Shown: piece after piece, positions 56,162 through 64,000 of the stretch
Numbering within the stretch: position 1 is the first letter of the stretch
How the letters are laid out: the number at the start of each line of letters is the position of its first letter
Program-made: the position numbers and the translations under genes
Notes under the pieces: generated by a model
What the model saw: the letters and a program-made list of their open reading frames with translations, nothing else
What the model was told of the DNA's origin: nothing
Databases searched by the model: none
Origin: Nitrospinales bacterium
Lineage (GTDB): Bacteria > Nitrospinota > Nitrospinia > Nitrospinales > VA-1
Direction: 5' to 3'
Length of the DNA: 64,000 nucleotides
NCBI GenBank assembly: GCA_047610985.1
Contig: JBLFWU010000009.1
Location: 12,607-76,606 of the forward strand

Positions 56162-56839
56162 CTATTTGAGTCCAGCATCACGCTGGTGTATGTAGTCTGG
56201 GATATTCGAAAACACAGAAACTATAAAAGGCACAACCTGCTGAACCGCTTTTCGAATGGTTTGTACCAAACTTGTTTTTTCCATAGATTTCAATTCTGCC
56301 AACTGGCGTTCTGCCTCCTTAAAAATAAGTGGCAAAACCTCGATAGACATCACAGCTATTTGAAGAATCTCTTTTAATTTTCTCCCCAATTTGCCCTTAA
56401 AGAATATCAAGCTGTCCAATCCAGTCAAAAAATCAGAGGTGGTTTTTATCAACACCGTTGAAAACAGCACGACAATAACCAACCGGGAACAAGACTCTAT
56501 AGCAAGGACCAAGCCTTCTACTGAAATGTTGAAGGGTATCCATGCAGGTAAATCCACAAAATAGCCGGGGGTAAACAGCAATGGGAAAATAATGACTGCA
56601 ATGAAAAACCAGGTTAACTTCCGCAACGTCAAATAAATTTCACGACCTGAAATATTTGCTGTCCATGCCAGACCAAACCCCAGCAATGTTAAAACAGCAA
56701 GCAAAGCTCCATCACTCATCCCGGAAAGCCCAAGAAATACCAGTGTCCCACAAATTTTATAATCGGCCCTCATTCGGTGAATGTAAGTTGAGCCCGGAAC
56801 AAAACCACCCGCAATTGGAGAAAACAGTTTTTTGCTCAT
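56162..56839 (-). CDS. energy-coupling-factor transporter transmembrane subunit (EcfT/CbiQ-like)
   Basis: Start set at MSKKLFSP; the track start 56881 would overlap the divergent HD gene. GFVPGSTYIHRMRADYKI resembles the EcfT N-terminal motif. 5-6 TM helices. Confidence 0.55.
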   Translation of the reverse strand: MSKKLFSPIAGGFVPGSTYIHRMRADYKICGTLVFLGLSGMSDGALLAVLTLLGFGLAWTANISGREIYLTLRKLTWFFIAVIIFPLLFTPGYFVDLPAWIPFNISVEGLVLAIESCSRLVIVVLFSTVLIKTTSDFLTGLDSLIFFKGKLGRKLKEILQIAVMSIEVLPLIFKEAERQLAELKSMEKTSLVQTIRKAVQQVVPFIVSVFSNIPDYIHQRDAGLK

Positions 56840-56937
56840 CTTTTCGCGATCTTTAGAAAATAAACACTTCCTGAATGCCACTTGAACCCCGGCTCAGGTT
56901 ATGGAATGATTATGAATCTACTAAAATAAATATATAT

Positions 56938-57588
56938 ATGACTTCTTCCATTATAAATAAAACTTGTGCGTTTGTAGAAAATAAACTTGCCGGTGATGGA
57001 TCGGGGCACGATTGGTGGCATATTTATCGCGTCTGGATGATTGCAAAAACAATCGCAGCTGAAGAACAAGCAGATATGCAGACCGTTGAGTTAGGTGCCC
57101 TGCTTCATGACATTGCCGATTGGAAATTCCACAATGGTGACGATTCGAAAGGCCCTACTGTTGCCCGGGAATTTCTAAACAATAACACTGCCGATCCTAT
57201 ATTAACGGAATCTGTTGTAGATATAGTATCCACGGTTTCATACAAAGGTGCCGGAGTCGCCACTCCTATGAAAACTCTCGAAGGGAAAATTGTGCAGGAT
57301 GCAGACCGCCTCGATGCAATTGGTGCTTTAGGGATAGCGCGCACCTTTGCCTATGGCGGATATAAAAATCGTTTAATATATCATCCCGATGAAAAACCTG
57401 TCCTTCACCAAAGTTTCGATGATTACAAAAAGAACGAAGGACACACCATCAACCATTTTCACGAAAAACTACTTTTGTTGAAAGATCGGATGAATACAAA
57501 AACGGGCAAACGGATGGCTGAAGGACGCCACCAGTTCATGCAAAATTTCCTCGACCAATTTTATAGAGAGTGGGATGGCATTGCTTGA
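56938..57588 (+). CDS. HD-domain metal-dependent phosphohydrolase (YedJ-like)
   Basis: Start at MTSSIINK; the track start is 56875. H...HD motif (WWHIYRV...LLHDIAD) and DADRLDAIGA. Confidence 0.8.
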   Translation: MTSSIINKTCAFVENKLAGDGSGHDWWHIYRVWMIAKTIAAEEQADMQTVELGALLHDIADWKFHNGDDSKGPTVAREFLNNNTADPILTESVVDIVSTVSYKGAGVATPMKTLEGKIVQDADRLDAIGALGIARTFAYGGYKNRLIYHPDEKPVLHQSFDDYKKNEGHTINHFHEKLLLLKDRMNTKTGKRMAEGRHQFMQNFLDQFYREWDGIA

Positions 57589-58393
57589 AACATTGCATAA
57601 ATCGGCAGACCTCATAAGAAACTGCAAGCGCATGTTGTTATTAACCAGCGCGGGTATGAGTGCCGACTCCAATATTCCGACATTTAGAGATAAAGATGGC
57701 TACTGGAAAAACTTCCCTCCCTTTAAAGAAAAAAATCTGGAGGCACAAGATTTAGCCAGTCCCTGGGCATTTCGCAATGAACTTCCCCATGCCTGGGCGT
57801 TTTATGAATGGCGCCGGCGAAACGCTAATGAGAACCAGCCGCATGAAGGCTATCGAATTATCAATAAATGGTTTGAAAAATGCGATGGGTTTATCCACAC
57901 CACCAACACAGATGGCCTACACCTGATGTCGGGTTGCGACAAAGATAGAATTCTGGAAGCTCACGGTTCCATGTGGCGTCTTCAATGCCTCGACACCTGC
58001 ACACACCAGTATTGGGACGATGTATCTGTGCCGCTATGCAACCTGGACAACGAAACCATGCGCGCCTCCAATTTTCCTAAATGTATTCATTGTCATAGCA
58101 TTGCGCGTCCGCATATTTTGATGTTTGACGACGGCGAATACACAGGCCACCCGGAACAGGGAATCAATTTCAGAAACTTTATACAGGAGTCGGTGGACTT
58201 GGCAATTCTAGTAGGAAGTTCTGGAGCCGTGCCGACCAATGATTATATAGCCCTTCACCTGATAGAAGGAGGAACTAAGGTTATCAATATTAACTTGGAC
58301 TCCTCTTGCAATCAAATTGTTAACACGGACTTATTTATTAAAATGAAAGGCAAAGACGCTTTTGTCGAGTTGAACCAAATAGCCTTTGGGTAG
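57575..58393 (+). CDS. cobB: SIR2-family NAD-dependent protein deacylase
   Basis: 272 aa. TSAGMSADSNIPTFRDKDGYW, TTNTDGLH, catalytic EAHGS, a 4-Cys Zn ribbon (CLDTC...CIHC), RPHILMFDD. 14-nt overlap with the HD gene. Confidence 0.85.
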   Translation: MALLETLHKSADLIRNCKRMLLLTSAGMSADSNIPTFRDKDGYWKNFPPFKEKNLEAQDLASPWAFRNELPHAWAFYEWRRRNANENQPHEGYRIINKWFEKCDGFIHTTNTDGLHLMSGCDKDRILEAHGSMWRLQCLDTCTHQYWDDVSVPLCNLDNETMRASNFPKCIHCHSIARPHILMFDDGEYTGHPEQGINFRNFIQESVDLAILVGSSGAVPTNDYIALHLIEGGTKVININLDSSCNQIVNTDLFIKMKGKDAFVELNQIAFG

Positions 58394-58542
58394 CCGCCCA
58401 AAATCCTGAACAAACGAGGCAATATTTATATTCTCACAGGATCAAGAAGTATAGTATCCTCAACGCAGTCTTAACCTATACAAACAAGATCGGCCTTTAG
58501 ATCTGCAAACCTGTTTTCCGTACTAATCTAAGGAGTTTGAAA

Positions 58543-59178
58543 ATGCGAATCGTGCTTTTGACGTTGGTGGTTTTATTTACCCAGGCGGTTCCCTCTTTTG
58601 CAAAATGTAGCCAAAAAGAAATTTGCTCCATGATGCAGAAAATGGATCACTTCTCTATACTTAATGCCTGCCCAAATTCGGCAGCCATGCTAAAAGAATG
58701 TAGAAAGGTTTCCGATGAAACTTTACCTGATCTCCCTGCTCCCGCATTTATTGATAATGGCGATGAAACTGTTACAGATACGGTCAACAAGCTCCGCTGG
58801 ATCAAAAAGGGCTTAGTAAAAAAAATAAAACTTAAGGATGCTTTAATCTTTGCTGAAAATGAAAGTTTTGCAGGAAGCTCAGATTGGCGTCTCCCGACCC
58901 TGCCGGAATTAAAAACACTCATCTATAGTGAACGAACAATAAATGCCAGCGGTAGGAAAGCCTGGATTAATCCGATTTTTGATGATGGCCTCGGGCATTA
59001 CTACTGGACTACGACTACTTGTGACCAACTTTCCTGGATAAAAGACCGATATCAGAAGAAGATGTGCCAACAAGGTGAAACGGCAGCTTGGATGGTTCAT
59101 TTCAACGTCAATGCAATTTTATGGTTTCACGTGACACAGGAAAAACCCAATGTCTGGCTGGTGCAAAACGTCGAATAA
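58543..59178 (+). CDS. secreted DUF1566 (Lcl C-terminal-like) domain protein
   Basis: AGGAG lies 7 nt upstream of the ATG at 58543. Signal peptide. The SDWRLPTLPELKTL motif is characteristic of DUF1566. Confidence 0.7.
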   Translation: MRIVLLTLVVLFTQAVPSFAKCSQKEICSMMQKMDHFSILNACPNSAAMLKECRKVSDETLPDLPAPAFIDNGDETVTDTVNKLRWIKKGLVKKIKLKDALIFAENESFAGSSDWRLPTLPELKTLIYSERTINASGRKAWINPIFDDGLGHYYWTTTTCDQLSWIKDRYQKKMCQQGETAAWMVHFNVNAILWFHVTQEKPNVWLVQNVE

Positions 59179-59344
59179 CAAAATCACTTCGCAGTTATAT
59201 TTTTAGCATTTTTCTGCCCCACCTCATTTCCGAGGAAAGCGCAACGCTGAAAAAACCATGCGCAAAAAAAAGAATCCATCCCCCCTCTATTTTCATCCAC
59301 AATGAGACAAAGCAAGCTTCTTTAATTATGAACTGTGAAACTCA

Positions 59345-60799
59345 TTGACCAATTGCCAAAACCTGAACTTTAAAAATCGTTTTATCGATCTGGGCCCCGA
59401 TTTCTATCAGGAAAAACAACCCGACCCTGTAACCGACCCTTATCTGGTAGACTACTCTCCATCGGCAGGACAGTTAATCGATCTCCCTGAAGGGGGTGGA
59501 GAAAATTTTCTAGCAAATTTCAGCGGCAATCAGCCAATGAAAGCTGCCCAGCCATTGGCTATGGCATACTCCGGTCACCAGTTCGGGTCTTATAATCCCA
59601 AATTGGGAGATGGCCGAGGTCTCTTGCTAGGAGAAGTTTTAAATAAAGAAAATATAAGTTGGGACGTTCATCTTAAAGGTGCCGGGCCAACCCGATTCGC
59701 TAGAGGATTCGATGGGAGAGCCACACTGCAATCTTCTATCCGCGAACATCTGGGAAGCGAAGCTTTGAACGGATTGGGAATTCCCACAACCCGCTCTCTG
59801 GCAGTGATCGGCATTCGCGAACTCATCTATAGACAGAAACCAGAATTGGCAGCCATTTTAGTGCGGGTAGCCGACTGCCACATTCGTTTTGGCAGCTTCG
59901 AGTTTTTCCATTATACAAAGCAACCCAAAAATGTCGAACGTCTGACAGATTTTGCCATCGAACATTATCATAGTGATATTTGCAATGAACCTGATCGGTA
60001 TCGAATTTTCTTCAAAAGAGTTTTAACCCTTACCGCAAAATTAATTTCTAAATGGCAATCGGTTGGCTTTGTTCACGGAGTTATGAATACCGACAATATG
60101 ACGATAACGGGTACAACATTTGACTACGGCCCTTATGGTTTTATGGACGGTTTTAATACTCGGTACACTCCCAATTCATCGGATACTCATGGGCGATACG
60201 CTTATCAGCAACAGGCCGAAATCGGCTTTTGGAACCTGAACAAATTGGCAGAAACATTGACACCTCTAGTGGGAGCAGACGAACTGCAAGAAGAAATCAA
60301 ACAATACCAACCTATATTCAATGGGTTTTACCAGGAAGAAATGGGACGCAAACTTGGGATATCGATTCTCGATTCGGAGTTCAGCGAATTGACGCAGGAA
60401 ATGCTCCAACTGTTACAAAGTCAGCAACTGGACTACTCAAATTTTTTCCGCGACCTTGCAAGTTATCCAAGCGCAATGAATTATGGTGTTGAATTCCGTT
60501 CATGGCTAGACCGCTACGTAAAGCTTTGCGATCGAGAAAGCATCAGTCATGATGAACGCAAAAGTAAAATGGATGCCGTTAACCCAAAATTTATTTTAAG
60601 GAATCATCTGGTTCAACGAGCCCTGGAAAAAGCGTTAAAAGAAGCTGACTTTTCAGAAGTGACCCGACTACGAATTCTTCTGGAAAATCCATTTGAAGAT
60701 CGCCCAGAGCTTTTTAAAGAATACAATATAGACGCTGATTTTTATTCTCAGGATACGCCGCAAGAGTATCTTGGTCGTCAAACCAGTTGCTCCGCATAA
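59345..60799 (+). CDS. selO: protein adenylyltransferase SelO (YdiU family)
   Basis: 484 aa, TTG start. YSGHQFGSYNPKLGDGRGLLLGEV, LKGAGPT, GVMNTDNM pseudokinase-fold motifs. C-terminal …TSCSA. Confidence 0.92.
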   Translation: MTNCQNLNFKNRFIDLGPDFYQEKQPDPVTDPYLVDYSPSAGQLIDLPEGGGENFLANFSGNQPMKAAQPLAMAYSGHQFGSYNPKLGDGRGLLLGEVLNKENISWDVHLKGAGPTRFARGFDGRATLQSSIREHLGSEALNGLGIPTTRSLAVIGIRELIYRQKPELAAILVRVADCHIRFGSFEFFHYTKQPKNVERLTDFAIEHYHSDICNEPDRYRIFFKRVLTLTAKLISKWQSVGFVHGVMNTDNMTITGTTFDYGPYGFMDGFNTRYTPNSSDTHGRYAYQQQAEIGFWNLNKLAETLTPLVGADELQEEIKQYQPIFNGFYQEEMGRKLGISILDSEFSELTQEMLQLLQSQQLDYSNFFRDLASYPSAMNYGVEFRSWLDRYVKLCDRESISHDERKSKMDAVNPKFILRNHLVQRALEKALKEADFSEVTRLRILLENPFEDRPELFKEYNIDADFYSQDTPQEYLGRQTSCSA

Positions 60800-60828
60800 T
60801 GCCACTTAACTAGAAAGGAAACCCAAGA

Positions 60829-61059
60829 ATGATTTTACTTGATGGAGAAATAACTGAAGTAACGACTCCGCCCAACAAGGCAGACCAATTTAGAGAGTTG
60901 ACCATCTGGGTTCCTGAGACCGGAGAACATATCGAGTTGACCTGTTTTATTCATGAGCTTCAGAAAGCCGGACTGGAAGAAGGCAGTAAAATATCCATCA
61001 AAATCGAAAAGAAATTTGATGTTGATGCCCTCACTCGCGACCTTCTCAAACCGCAATAG
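60829..61059 (+). CDS. hypothetical small protein
   Basis: 76 aa with AAAGGA upstream. No recognisable motif. Confidence 0.4.
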   Translation: MILLDGEITEVTTPPNKADQFRELTIWVPETGEHIELTCFIHELQKAGLEEGSKISIKIEKKFDVDALTRDLLKPQ

Positions 61060-61127
61060 GCTAGCAATTATTTTTGCGTCTGATAACATAGAGATATAAA
61101 CCAACATTGTATGCATCTTCCTCGGCC

Positions 61128-62141
61128 ATGAAAAGAATCAAAGACCTGGGTGAATTCGGGTTGATTGACCGTTTATCCAGAAACTTCAAGCATCACTTTA
61201 GCAACACGGTTCTACCGCTTGGTGATGACTGCGCCGCTTATTCAGCAAGTTCATCAAAAAACCAGCTCGTCTCTACGGATGCATTGGTAGAAAATATTCA
61301 CTTCAAACTCTCAACCATCTCGGCAGAGCAGTTAGGTAAAAAAGCCATTGCGGTCAACATAAGTGATATCGCAGCAATGGGGGGAACCCCGACACGAATT
61401 TTAATAACGTTGGGGATATCCAAAAAAAATTCAGCTTCGTTTCTCGACCAATTGTATAAAGGAATCCATAAAACTTGCGAGCTTTACAATATTGAACTTT
61501 TTGGTGGAGATACAGTTTCATCGCCAAATTGCTTTTTTATTAACGTCACGATAATTGGCGAGACAAAAAAAGGAAAGCTTTTCACTCGAAAAGGTGCAAA
61601 AAAAGGAGACCTTATTTTTACGACCGGGACATTGGGAGACTCGAGTCTGGGGTTAAAAATACAATCTGGCAAAAAATGGAAGTGCTCTGCAAAATCAAAA
61701 AAGTATCTTCTTGAAAAACATCTCACTCCCATTCCACGATTAAAAGAAAGTCAATTGCTGGCACGATCCACCAGCAAAATAAATTCCATGATAGACATCA
61801 GTGATGGACTCGTGCAAGACCTGCATCATATCTGCAAACAATCTGGAGCTGGGGCTTTAATATTTGAAGAGAAACTACCGCAATCGCCTGCATTTTCAAA
61901 AGTTTGTTCAGATAACAGCTTAAACCCTGAACCTTTCATTTTGAACGGTGGTGAAGATTATGAATTACTATTTACTTTACCAGCCGATGGTGTTAAAAAT
62001 TTATATAGGCAGTTTGAAAAGGCCGAAGCACTTGTGACACATATTGGGGAGATCACTCAACCGTCCGAAAAAGTTTCTCTTTTAAAGAAAAATGGAAAAA
62101 GAGAAATTCTCCGCCAAGCATCCGGTTTCAATCATTTTTAA
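61128..62141 (+). CDS. thiL: thiamine-monophosphate kinase
   Basis: Start at MKRIKDLGEFGLIDRL; the track start is 61107. GDDCA, NISDIAAMGGTP, GGDT and ISDGLVQDL are PurM-superfamily motifs. Confidence 0.9.
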   Translation: MKRIKDLGEFGLIDRLSRNFKHHFSNTVLPLGDDCAAYSASSSKNQLVSTDALVENIHFKLSTISAEQLGKKAIAVNISDIAAMGGTPTRILITLGISKKNSASFLDQLYKGIHKTCELYNIELFGGDTVSSPNCFFINVTIIGETKKGKLFTRKGAKKGDLIFTTGTLGDSSLGLKIQSGKKWKCSAKSKKYLLEKHLTPIPRLKESQLLARSTSKINSMIDISDGLVQDLHHICKQSGAGALIFEEKLPQSPAFSKVCSDNSLNPEPFILNGGEDYELLFTLPADGVKNLYRQFEKAEALVTHIGEITQPSEKVSLLKKNGKREILRQASGFNHF

Positions 62142-62228
62142 TAACGCCGGTTACAATAAATTGCCCCTATCGAGATTCATATAATTCGATATACAAGTGC
62201 CAGCCAAACTTGAGGTTTCTTAAAAACT

Positions 62229-63542
62229 TTGGACGACTCATTATTTCCGCGGTCGCTATTACTCCTATTTTTGTTTTCTTGCTCAGCCTTTTTTTCAGCG
62301 TGCGAAGTCGCTTTTTTTTCACTCAATCCTCTTCAGCAAAGAGAGATGGAAGAAAAAAAAGGACGTTCCGGTCGTCTGGTTCATTCCCTCCTGCAAAAAC
62401 CACGTGAACTGCTGATCACTATTTATATCGGTAACGAACTGGTCAACATTGGTATTTCTGTTGTCATCACCTCCATCACGATTTCCATGTTTGGCAATAT
62501 CGGTGTAGGAATTGCCATTGGTGTTGGCACCCTGCTACTCCTTTTCCTTGGCGAAATTGTACCTAAAAGTATTTCCCTGAAATATGCACAACCCTACGCT
62601 CTGTTTGCAGCGTTTCCTCTAAAAGCATTTGCTAATATCGTTCAGCCTGCGCAAAAACTATTCAACTCCTGGACGGAAAAAATAATGCGCTCCATTGGCA
62701 TTTTGACTCATTCCGAAAAAGAATCCTCCATATCTGACGAAGAATTCCGAACTATGGTGCAGGTTGGCGAAGGCGAAGGTGTTATCGACTCCGATGAAAG
62801 AGATTTGATTCAAAAGGCCATAGAATTTGGAGAAACAACCGTGGGCGAAGTTATGACACCCAAAATTGATATGTTCACAGTAAATATCATTGATAGCCTT
62901 GATGAGATTCTTCCCAGAATTGTTGCGAATTGTTATTCCAGAGTCCCAGTGTATGGAAATGATGATGAAGAAATTTTGGGTATTCTTTTTACCAAAGACC
63001 TGACACGCCTCAAACATTTACCACGAGAAAAGGTGAATTTAAAAGGCATACTTCACCCCGCTGTTGTTGTTCCAAAAACCAAAATGATTAAAGAGATGCT
63101 CGAAGAATTCAGGAAATTAAAGAGGCATATGGCAATAGTCCTGGATGAGTACGGAAGCGTATGTGGCCTCGTGACTCTGGAAGATATCATTGAAGAATTG
63201 GTCGGCGAAATTGACAGTGAAATGCGAAGAGATGAGCAGCCACTATCAGAAATCAACGAAAATCAATTCAGAATTTCAGGGGCCTACAACCTTGCTGAAT
63301 TCAATGATTTTTTCAAAAGCGAATTACCAGAAGAAGATTATGATACTGTAGGCGGCTTGGTTTTTGGACTGTTTGGAAGAATTCCCCGATCAGGAGAATC
63401 AACAACTGTGGATCACTTCAAATTCCGTGTGGAAAAAATGAAGGGTTCAAGAATTCTTAACCTTCACTTAACCCTCCTCAAACGATCGGGCACATCACCT
63501 TTGCCTGCTGAGTCAGAACCTATTAAGAGCGTAACAACATAA
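62229..63542 (+). CDS. CNNM/TlyC-family hemolysin-like protein (DUF21-CBS pair-CorC_HlyC)
   Basis: 437 aa, TTG start. DUF21 TM domain (GEIVPKSISLKY), CBS pair (VMTPKIDM..., ILGILFTKDL), and CorC C-terminus (DYDTVGGLVFGLFGRIP). Confidence 0.88.
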   Translation: MDDSLFPRSLLLLFLFSCSAFFSACEVAFFSLNPLQQREMEEKKGRSGRLVHSLLQKPRELLITIYIGNELVNIGISVVITSITISMFGNIGVGIAIGVGTLLLLFLGEIVPKSISLKYAQPYALFAAFPLKAFANIVQPAQKLFNSWTEKIMRSIGILTHSEKESSISDEEFRTMVQVGEGEGVIDSDERDLIQKAIEFGETTVGEVMTPKIDMFTVNIIDSLDEILPRIVANCYSRVPVYGNDDEEILGILFTKDLTRLKHLPREKVNLKGILHPAVVVPKTKMIKEMLEEFRKLKRHMAIVLDEYGSVCGLVTLEDIIEELVGEIDSEMRRDEQPLSEINENQFRISGAYNLAEFNDFFKSELPEEDYDTVGGLVFGLFGRIPRSGESTTVDHFKFRVEKMKGSRILNLHLTLLKRSGTSPLPAESEPIKSVTT

Positions 63543-64000
63543 TGGATCCTGCAACCACAATCTTTTGGGTACTGCTCGCTGTAATTTTAGAGGCATTTTT
63601 TTCTGGCTCTGAAATTGGAATGGTTTCAGTCAATCGGATTAAAATGAAGCAGCTGGCAGAAGAAGGAAATTCTGCCGCACAATCCGTTTTATCTCTTCTG
63701 GACGATCCCGAAAAACTTTTCACAACAACATCGCTGGGCACCAACCTCGCAATGATGACTAGCACGGCTATATTCACCGCATTCATGGTTTCTCAATTTG
63801 GTGCCTTCGGAGAATGGATGGCTATGGTGATTATTTTTCCTCTCGTATTTTTTGGCGGAGAAATCATTCCTAAGGTAATTTTTCAGAATCGCGCTGACAG
63901 CATCATGTTGATAATGATCTATCCCTTGAATCTTTTTTATAAGATCATGAGCCCTTTTATCAACTGGCTATCGAAAACATCGCAAAGCCTAACCAGCCGA
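63542..64000 (+). CDS. second CNNM/DUF21-family protein, 5' part (runs off the window)
   Basis: Not in the ORF track. My own translation from the ATG overlapping the upstream stop (TAATG) gives MDPATTIFWVLLAVILEAFFSGSEIGMVSVNRIKMKQLAEEGN...GGEIIPKVIFQNRAD, open to the window end (153 codons). Confidence 0.8.
   Translation, partial: MDPATTIFWVLLAVILEAFFSGSEIGMVSVNRIKMKQLAEEGNSAAQSVLSLLDDPEKLFTTTSLGTNLAMMTSTAIFTAFMVSQFGAFGEWMAMVIIFPLVFFGGEIIPKVIFQNRADSIMLIMIYPLNLFYKIMSPFINWLSKTSQSLTSR

Noticed and set aside
57575-58393. SIR2-domain protein as an anti-phage NADase effector (Thoeris/DSR/SIR2-HerA-like)
   Set aside because: It has the full canonical sirtuin motif set: GAGxS-like loop, TQNxD-like TTNTDGLH, catalytic His and a 4-Cys Zn ribbon. 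It is of CobB size and has no ThsB/HerA/pAgo-type partner. The neighbours are housekeeping-like (HD hydrolase, SelO, ThiL).
62210-62407. 65-aa ORF overlapping the start of the CNNM gene in another frame
   Set aside because: The 62229 frame continues into a full DUF21-CBS-CorC architecture. The alternative frame gives a low-complexity peptide.
1-64000. tRNA, rRNA, tmRNA, riboswitches, prophage or transposon boundaries
   Set aside because: Scanning the intergenic gaps of 80 nt or more by eye found no T-loop-like GGTTCGAAT-type motif, rRNA-like stretch, integrase or transposase ORF, or long terminal inverted repeat. A covariance-model scan would be needed to exclude small ncRNAs.

Overview
A 64-kb, AT-rich (about 40% GC by eye), densely coding chromosomal segment from a diderm bacterium, indicated by outer-membrane beta-barrels, LolA-like and SPOR proteins and HtrA. 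I count about 60 protein genes. By eye I found no rRNA, tRNA, CRISPR array, transposase or integrase. Housekeeping genes (nifS, cysE, scpA, rsmE, serB, rarA, argS, cysH, thiL, selO, htrA and a sirtuin) are interleaved with four accessory-looking modules. (1) 2.1-11.6 kb is a second-messenger island. It holds a cNMP-binding LuxR regulator, a TPR/beta-barrel outer-membrane protein, a FecR-domain protein with a long tandem-repeat tail, a frameshifted cNMP/PAS/GGDEF/degenerate-EAL gene and a CHASE2 class III nucleotide cyclase. (2) 24.0-27.4 kb is a tightly packed five-gene envelope metal/redox operon: His-rich protein, Met/His-rich outer-membrane channel with a CCxHC motif, lipoprotein cytochrome c, TlpA-like thioredoxin and a secreted unknown. 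(3) 30.5-42.9 kb is an 11-gene collinear minus-strand cluster. It couples a minimal glycoconjugate pathway (flippase, FrhB-like Fe-S protein, pyruvyl transferase, methyltransferase, CE4-like deacetylase, one GT4) to an outer-membrane barrel, a LolCDE/MacB-like ABC transporter and a LolA-like protein. (4) 43.7-55.2 kb is a copper/heme redox island and my best candidate for an undescribed system. It centres on a secreted 1649-aa six-cupredoxin-domain multicopper oxidase whose copper motifs are in non-canonical order. Flanking it are two members of a three-member paralog family of secreted proteins with an amicyanin-like C-x2-H-x2-M/L blue-copper signature, a trihaem cytochrome c fused to an EB_dh/DOMON-like domain, a TlpA-like thioredoxin and HtrA. 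All functional calls come from motif recognition by eye; no database searches were run.
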